IMG/VR virus record: IMGVR_UViG_3300021512_000004
Coordinates: 1 to 64,000 of that record
DNA length: 64,000 nucleotides
Source of the DNA: a virus
Strand: one strand, 5' to 3'
Under the pieces are notes generated by a model. The model saw only the letters and a program-made list of their open reading frames with translations, was not told the origin of the DNA and made no database searches. This document shows, piece by piece, positions 58,768 through 64,000 of this stretch. The position numbers were made by a program, and so were the translations under genes. Position 1 is the first letter of the stretch, and each line of letters opens with the position of its first letter.

Positions 58768-59070
58768 ATGGGCAAGAACGAAGCCACGAAGACAGAACCC
58801 AGCGGCGAAGAAGCGAATCCAGTTGATGCACTTGTTATGCGGCAACTAGATAAAATCACTGGATATTTTCAGCCTAAACGCACGGAAACGCTGCGCGATG
58901 AAGCCCTGCCATTTGTTGGTCGGCTATTAACATTCGAGGCTCTTTGGCTGATAGATAAAGAAGATGGGGGCCCTTACGTCGGACAATGGGCGATGCGCCC
59001 GATTAATGAAGCAGGGGGCTGGTTGCCAATTGGGTGGGTTCCCGAAGAAGACATTAGACCTGCTACATAA
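58768..59070 (+). CDS. Cassette ORF starting inside attC5
   Basis: GAGGTG RBS in the attC loop; N-terminus homologous to the ORF at 57672. Confidence 0.65.
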   Translation: MGKNEATKTEPSGEEANPVDALVMRQLDKITGYFQPKRTETLRDEALPFVGRLLTFEALWLIDKEDGGPYVGQWAMRPINEAGGWLPIGWVPEEDIRPAT

Positions 59071-59152
59071 CACCCGATTCAGCTGCGCGTTTGGCGCGTC
59101 CGCTGGAATTAATGTTAGATTGCTAATTAATTAATTATGGGGCGATAACGAG

Positions 59153-59341
59153 ATGGCCGAAGTGAAGTTCTGGTGTGACAGCGGGGCAAACATCCATTCT
59201 TGCAATACTGAAACAGTTGATACCGTTGATGATTTAGGGTTAGACGAAGGGGAGTGGGAAAAGCTCACTGATGACGAAAGGCACAAGCATGTTAGGGATT
59301 GGGCTAATAACTACATAGAGATGGGGTGGGCAGCAATCTAA
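59153..59341 (+). CDS. Cassette ORF: small acidic protein
   Basis: Stop lies within attC7. Confidence 0.6.
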   Translation: MAEVKFWCDSGANIHSCNTETVDTVDDLGLDEGEWEKLTDDERHKHVRDWANNYIEMGWAAI

Positions 59342-59383
59342 CGCCCACATAAGCGACTTGATGTGATTGTTATAAATGAAACT

Positions 59384-59533
59384 ATGAAAAAGTATATTTG
59401 CGTTAGGTGTTTAACCGTAATGAGCCGGGTTGAGCTTAGAGACGGAGCAAAACTTAAAAAGATTTCTATTGAGTTAAGCCGGAAAATTAAAATGTGCAAG
59501 TCTTGCACATGCCGGACTTTCTATAGTATTTAA
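59384..59533 (+). CDS. Small CxxC...CxxC protein after the last attC
   Basis: Manual translation MKKYICVRCLTV...MCKSCTCRTFYSI. Confidence 0.45.
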   Translation: MKKYICVRCLTVMSRVELRDGAKLKKISIELSRKIKMCKSCTCRTFYSI

Positions 59534-59725
59534 TTTGGGAGCAAGTAAACGTAAGTAAAAAGACAGTTTTGAATGCTCCGAAGGTGAGCGTAGAGATAAC
59601 TATTGTGTATATTGCAATGGGAAATATCGAGGTGTCCAGAGCATTACGACAATCACGAACAATCTAAGAAAGGCGCTACCGTCTTTCAAGGCAACATAAT
59701 TAGATTGTTTTAAAGAGGGTAAAAT

Positions 59726-60013
59726 ATGGGAAAAGTTTTAAAGTTCAAACGAAAGGTTTCATTCTCAAAGGAGAAGATGATCTCTGCAAATCCTAACGTA
59801 AAGGTAAAAGAAGAGGAGATGGAGATTTATCAAGAATTTGGAAAGGTTTACGCAGATGTATTCGTAAAGCCTCATGGGTTCTACTCCGGGGCGTTCTTAT
59901 TAAACGAAAACACCTTGAAGATAGAGGAGATGGTGAGCCTCCTGCCAAGGAGGTTCTTCCTGTCACAGGTCAGGGCAGCCCAGGAAAAGTGTTGGGCGAA
60001 AGATTGGATTTAA
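59726..60013 (+). CDS. Hypothetical protein
   Basis: GAGG RBS. Confidence 0.55.
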   Translation: MGKVLKFKRKVSFSKEKMISANPNVKVKEEEMEIYQEFGKVYADVFVKPHGFYSGAFLLNENTLKIEEMVSLLPRRFFLSQVRAAQEKCWAKDWI

Positions 60014-60041
60014 ATTGCAAGATGTAATAGTATAACCTTTC

Positions 60042-60539
60042 ATGCGAGTATTGGAGATTAACATGGTGGACAAAGTAAACAACCCTTTAACACGGCAAGA
60101 CTTTACAACTGGAACCTTACCTGGGGAGGTAGCCAAAGACGGTGAGGAGATTGGAGGAGTTAGTAGAACTTTGTTAGGGGCGGAAACCATCAAGGCTAAG
60201 GACGTAGCTGAGTTTGAAAGAAAGGAAGAGTTCGAGCCTGTAAGGAAGTCATCACCGTCAAAGATTTTTTACAATCAGTTAGCCGAGTCTTTGAATAAAA
60301 TGAAAGTAGGGGATATACTCTTGTTCCCTCTACCTGAGAACATGCTTGCTCATAACTTAAAGAAAGTTATGAGCAACAGAGGGGCAAGGGACGGAGTAGA
60401 TATCCAGTATGGTAGAGCAAGGAAAGACTTCCAAGGAAGGACTCTACCAATGAAGCTACGACCGATGACAGTAAAGAAGCTGACAGCCTGCATCATCACA
60501 GTGTTCCCATTAGCAGTCAAAAACAAAGTCAAAGAGTAG
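60042..60539 (+). CDS. Hypothetical protein
   Basis: ORF; probably starts at MVDKVN after a GGAG RBS. Confidence 0.55.
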   Translation: MRVLEINMVDKVNNPLTRQDFTTGTLPGEVAKDGEEIGGVSRTLLGAETIKAKDVAEFERKEEFEPVRKSSPSKIFYNQLAESLNKMKVGDILLFPLPENMLAHNLKKVMSNRGARDGVDIQYGRARKDFQGRTLPMKLRPMTVKKLTACIITVFPLAVKNKVKE

Positions 60540-60610
60540 TGTATTTTGTTTACAACCCTTTGACTTTGTTGAACAAAGTGTAGCAGCTACACACTTACAG
60601 GAGGTAAGAA

Positions 60611-60808
60611 GTGAATGAGAATTTAAGGTACATGAAGGAAGTCCGAGCCAGGTACCGATTAACGCATAGAGAGCTGGCAGCTCTGAGTGAATATGGGTTG
60701 GACTCAGTTAAAGGGTGGTTCTCTACGTCTCCAGGAAGGAAGGTAAATGTTCCTGACAGAGCTGTGGCGATAGTTAAGTTGAAGCTGGAGAAAAGAGAAA
60801 GAACCTGA
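60611..60808 (+). CDS. Cro/XRE-like helix-turn-helix regulator
   Basis: R....LTH.ELA.L......SV..W pattern; AGGAGG RBS. Confidence 0.7.
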   Translation: MNENLRYMKEVRARYRLTHRELAALSEYGLDSVKGWFSTSPGRKVNVPDRAVAIVKLKLEKRERT

Positions 60809-60819
60809 AGGGGGAGGCG

Positions 60820-63621
60820 ATGTATCGCTACTATCAGTTGGAAGAAGGAAAGTCAGAGTGGAAGGTAGCCAGAGCCTCTGAGATAGAGGAAAAAATTAGA
60901 GAGGAGAAACCTAAAAGAGTTGCGATATTGGAAGTTTCCGAGCTGGTAACGGACGGGGCAGATAAAAGGTCATACTATTATAAAGGGCCTTTATATTTCG
61001 ATATAGACTGTAAAGATGACCTTGATTTAGCTCTGCAATCAGGGGTTAGTTTAGTCAATAAATTAGTCTCTATGGGAGTACCGCAGCAGGAAGTTCAGAT
61101 ATTTGCCTCAGGAAGTAAGGGGGTCCATGTTCTAGTTGATGAGAGAGTATTCAGCTCTGGGAGAAAGGTCAAAGCCCTGCCTCTAGTTTATAAGCAGATG
61201 GCCAGGGAGCTGTATGTTCCTGGAATGGATTTCGCAGTGTATTCTTGCGGAAGGGGAAATGTGTTTAGGGTTCCCAACATAAAAAGGCCAGACGGGAATT
61301 ATAGGATACCAATCCTGTACGACAAGTTAACTTCCCTAAATGCAGAGAGTTACAGAGAACTTTGCTCTAAGCCTAGTGAGATATCCCACCTCCTGCCAGA
61401 GAACAAAGTAAAAGCCCTGCAGTTAGAAGATATGTTTAACAGGTGCAAAAAGGCGGCGAACTCTAAGCCTGCAGTAGTTGTCACTGTACCTTCCAACCAG
61501 ATGATACAGTTGAGAGACGTGACCCCTCCTTGCATACAGAAGGTGTGCGACTGGAAAGGGCTGAGGGCTGAGGTAAACCTGAACCAAGCAGCTATGCAAG
61601 TAGCAGTTTTCCTAAAGGCTGCCAGTGTCCCAGACTCCCTGTCTTCGGGGATGATAACCAGATTAGCGGAAAACTCCGTAAGCTCGAAGTATGACAACTG
61701 GAAATCTAGGCTAGAGCACATAAAGGGCCAGGTAGAGTACATGAAGGGCTCTGAATATACCTTCGGATGCAACTGCATGAGGTCTCTGCTTCTGAAGCGG
61801 CCCTGTGAAGGGTGTCCCATCGAGAAGGATCAGGCGTTCTCTGAAGAGGCTTCACATGGCGGGTTGATAGAGAAGAATGGTGGGTACTACCTCAGAGGGG
61901 CAGAGAAGGATCGAATGATAACAGACTGGACGATGAAACCTATGGACTCTTTCATCGACATCCCTCAGGACGGATCCAGTCAACCTAGAAGGGTGGGAAC
62001 TCTCTTCGAACTGATACAGAACGACGAAACCATCTGTACCGTTACAGTAGACGAAACCAGCTGGATGTCTCGATCAGGATTCCTCAGGGACACCACGGAG
62101 TCCGGGTATATCCCTCTCCGATCCCCCTGTAGCTACTACGGGCAAGATGCAGACCTACACAAGATCAGAAATCACGTTTTTAGGAAGGAGAGCGACATGG
62201 GAGAAGTCTACCAAGTTTATACTTGTGGGATACACGTTGATAAGGTGAGCCATTCTGACGTATTCACCTACGTTGAGCCTGAAATGTCCATAAATAGTAA
62301 CAGGGTTTCAGGCACTCATAAACTGGCAGGCCGGGTTGTAGCCAGACCTTACTTCGCTGAAGTGGGAGTGTGTAAGGAGGGAGACGAGGCTGCAGACGAG
62401 GCTCTGTTTAATCTGATGGCGATGAATGAACCCCACGTCATGGCGAAGACACTTGGTTGGTTTGTAGCCTGCCATTTGAAAGTCCATCTGACAAAAGTCT
62501 ATCACCAATTCCCCGTCCTGAGTTTGTGGGGAGGGGCGGGATCTGGGAAGTCTATCACTGCAGGTCTAGTTAGTTGGATCAACGGGACAGACTACATGGA
62601 CAGAGATACAGGAGTGAACGTCTCCAACATCACCAACTACGCCTTGCTGGAGTATTCGGCCAGCACAACGACAATCCCAAGGCTGATGGAGGAGTTCAAC
62701 GAGTCTAAGATGTCAGAGAAAGCCTACAACTCTGTTGGGGAAATTCTAAAGGCCAGCTGGAACGGGGAAACTTTGCTGCGGGGTACTTTAGGCAACAAAT
62801 CGGATAAGGGGAGGACGGGGGCAGTGGTTACGGCTATTCCTATCACAGGGCCTCTATGTGTGATGAGCGAGCAAAGGCCGGTTATGCCTGCCATCCAGGA
62901 GAGGTCTTTGGACGTATTCTTATCAAAGCCTGGGAAGAAAGGAAGAAAGCCTTACATGAGGAAGGCTTCTTCTGGAAAGCTCAAGTTAAGGGAGATAGGA
63001 AAGGCACTTATGTTTAAGGCTCTTCAGACGGATATAAAGACAGCGACCAAGTGGTTTGACGAGGTGGATGATAGTTTGTCCGACGAGTTAGACGATAGGC
63101 CGAGATATTGTCAGATGGTGGCAATGATAGGCTTGAGATTTCTGAAGTTAGTGCTAGAGAAAGACCTTAAACTCCCTAAATCCTGTGCAAGATTAGACGA
63201 CCTCATCTACACTCAGCAGTCTTACTTTGACAGATTGGCAGGTGATACTGCCATACTGGGGGCCAGCACTGAGATAGACAGGATATTGGACAAGATGGCC
63301 ATCATGGCGTCCTTGACCACTGTAGGTAACGGGGTTGAGTGGCTTGTGGCAGGAGTTCACTACCTGAAAGGTGGGTCAGAGCTGCTGATAGATCCAACCC
63401 TATGTCACGCCATGTACAAGCAGTTCTGTGCTAGGGAAAGCAGAGAGGTGGTGATTATCAAGGAAGCTGCACAATTCAAGAAACTCCTCAGGGATGAAGC
63501 GTACTTCAAAGAGATTGTTAGGGATCCAAATATATTTGACGGTAGGGAGCTTTATTGCTTGGACCTAGAATCCATGAAGATGCAGGAGATTCCTGTAGAT
63601 AGGTTTGAGGAGTTGACGTAA
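60820..63621 (+). CDS. Primase (AEP-like) and helicase fusion replication protein
   Basis: YFDID and SGSKGVH primase motifs, PPCI and C..C cluster, Walker A GGAGSGKS, Walker B LMEEF. Confidence 0.8.
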   Translation: MYRYYQLEEGKSEWKVARASEIEEKIREEKPKRVAILEVSELVTDGADKRSYYYKGPLYFDIDCKDDLDLALQSGVSLVNKLVSMGVPQQEVQIFASGSKGVHVLVDERVFSSGRKVKALPLVYKQMARELYVPGMDFAVYSCGRGNVFRVPNIKRPDGNYRIPILYDKLTSLNAESYRELCSKPSEISHLLPENKVKALQLEDMFNRCKKAANSKPAVVVTVPSNQMIQLRDVTPPCIQKVCDWKGLRAEVNLNQAAMQVAVFLKAASVPDSLSSGMITRLAENSVSSKYDNWKSRLEHIKGQVEYMKGSEYTFGCNCMRSLLLKRPCEGCPIEKDQAFSEEASHGGLIEKNGGYYLRGAEKDRMITDWTMKPMDSFIDIPQDGSSQPRRVGTLFELIQNDETICTVTVDETSWMSRSGFLRDTTESGYIPLRSPCSYYGQDADLHKIRNHVFRKESDMGEVYQVYTCGIHVDKVSHSDVFTYVEPEMSINSNRVSGTHKLAGRVVARPYFAEVGVCKEGDEAADEALFNLMAMNEPHVMAKTLGWFVACHLKVHLTKVYHQFPVLSLWGGAGSGKSITAGLVSWINGTDYMDRDTGVNVSNITNYALLEYSASTTTIPRLMEEFNESKMSEKAYNSVGEILKASWNGETLLRGTLGNKSDKGRTGAVVTAIPITGPLCVMSEQRPVMPAIQERSLDVFLSKPGKKGRKPYMRKASSGKLKLREIGKALMFKALQTDIKTATKWFDEVDDSLSDELDDRPRYCQMVAMIGLRFLKLVLEKDLKLPKSCARLDDLIYTQQSYFDRLAGDTAILGASTEIDRILDKMAIMASLTTVGNGVEWLVAGVHYLKGGSELLIDPTLCHAMYKQFCARESREVVIIKEAAQFKKLLRDEAYFKEIVRDPNIFDGRELYCLDLESMKMQEIPVDRFEELT

Positions 63622-64000
63622 ATGTACACTCTGGACGACTATTATAAGGCTGCAGGGGTGGAGCACACTATTGCTTTCGCTCCTCACATTGGGATGGATA
63701 AGACACCAAGACCTCATCAGATATCAGGGTTAAATCTCGCCCTGAGAAATGATAAGTTCGGTTTGTTTGATGACCCAGGGACGGGGAAGACTTTGATAGC
63801 CCACGCATTCACAATGTACTGGGTGTCTGAGGGGGAGAAGGTATTAATATGTATGCCCCCAACCCTGCGTTACCAGTATTCAGAGTCGCTGCATGAGGAG
63901 TATCCTGGGTCGGAGAATTACTTCTCTCCTGTCATACTGGACCAAGGACCAAAGAAGAGAGAGCAACTGTACAAAGAATGGAAGGAGGGGAGAGCTCCGG
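63622..64000 (+). CDS. SF2 (SNF2-like) helicase, partial
   Basis: Manual translation PRPHQISGL..FGLFDDPGTGKT..KVLICMP; runs off the window. Confidence 0.75.
   Translation, partial: MYTLDDYYKAAGVEHTIAFAPHIGMDKTPRPHQISGLNLALRNDKFGLFDDPGTGKTLIAHAFTMYWVSEGEKVLICMPPTLRYQYSESLHEEYPGSENYFSPVILDQGPKKREQLYKEWKEGRAP

Larger units (their letters stand above)
57317..59375 (-). mobile_element. Integron-type cassette array without an integrase (CALIN-like), 7 attC sites
   Basis: attC at 57317-57372, 57619-57747, 58062-58123, 58379-58434, 58711-58840, 59065-59120 and 59336-59375; each has ..TAAC/GTTA.. R boxes and paired L boxes with an extra base. Confidence 0.85.

Noticed and set aside
57317-59375. Hairpins as ordinary intrinsic terminators
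   Set aside because: They lack U-tracts, have conserved TAAC/GTTA ends with L-box bulges, and two of them are translated.
1-64000. tRNA/rRNA genes, integrase or transposase
   Set aside because: None recognised by eye; a tRNAscan-SE and HMM search would be needed to exclude them formally.

Overview
This is a 64-kb piece of a tailed dsDNA phage genome, siphovirus-like, probably infecting a gammaproteobacterium judging by its dUTPase type. The minus strand from about 0.3 to 32.9 kb carries the virion and lysis module: tail tip, BR0599-type and GTA/YuA-like tail genes with a three-gene paralog run, a 2000-aa tape measure protein, tail tube, neck genes, major capsid, decoration protein, S49 protease, portal, GpA-like terminase, a fibre-like protein, an alpha/beta hydrolase and an M15 endolysin. 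From 33 to 37.5 kb is a methylation and anti-defence block: an EcoRI-family adenine MTase, a C5 MTase with an internal alternative-frame subunit, a dNTP diphosphohydrolase and Acb2. The strand switches near 37.6 kb at a strong sigma70 promoter. The plus-strand early and replication region follows, with many small genes, a beta-clamp-like protein, RadC, ligase, dCMP deaminase, Fic, dUTPase, a nuclease, a primase-helicase and a partial helicase. Four observations stand out. (1) Seven integron attC sites at 57.3-59.4 kb delimit gene cassettes whose ORFs all run opposite to the usual cassette orientation; two ORFs start inside their attC, and there is no integrase in the window. (2) A 303-nt group I intron splits dUTPase motif 3. 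(3) Eleven copies of the palindrome TGTGTGAATTCACACA, centred on an EcoRI site, lie at early-gene boundaries in a phage that also carries an EcoRI-family methylase. (4) The C5 methyltransferase appears to be a gene-within-gene two-subunit enzyme. All family assignments come from motif recognition by eye; no database searches were run.
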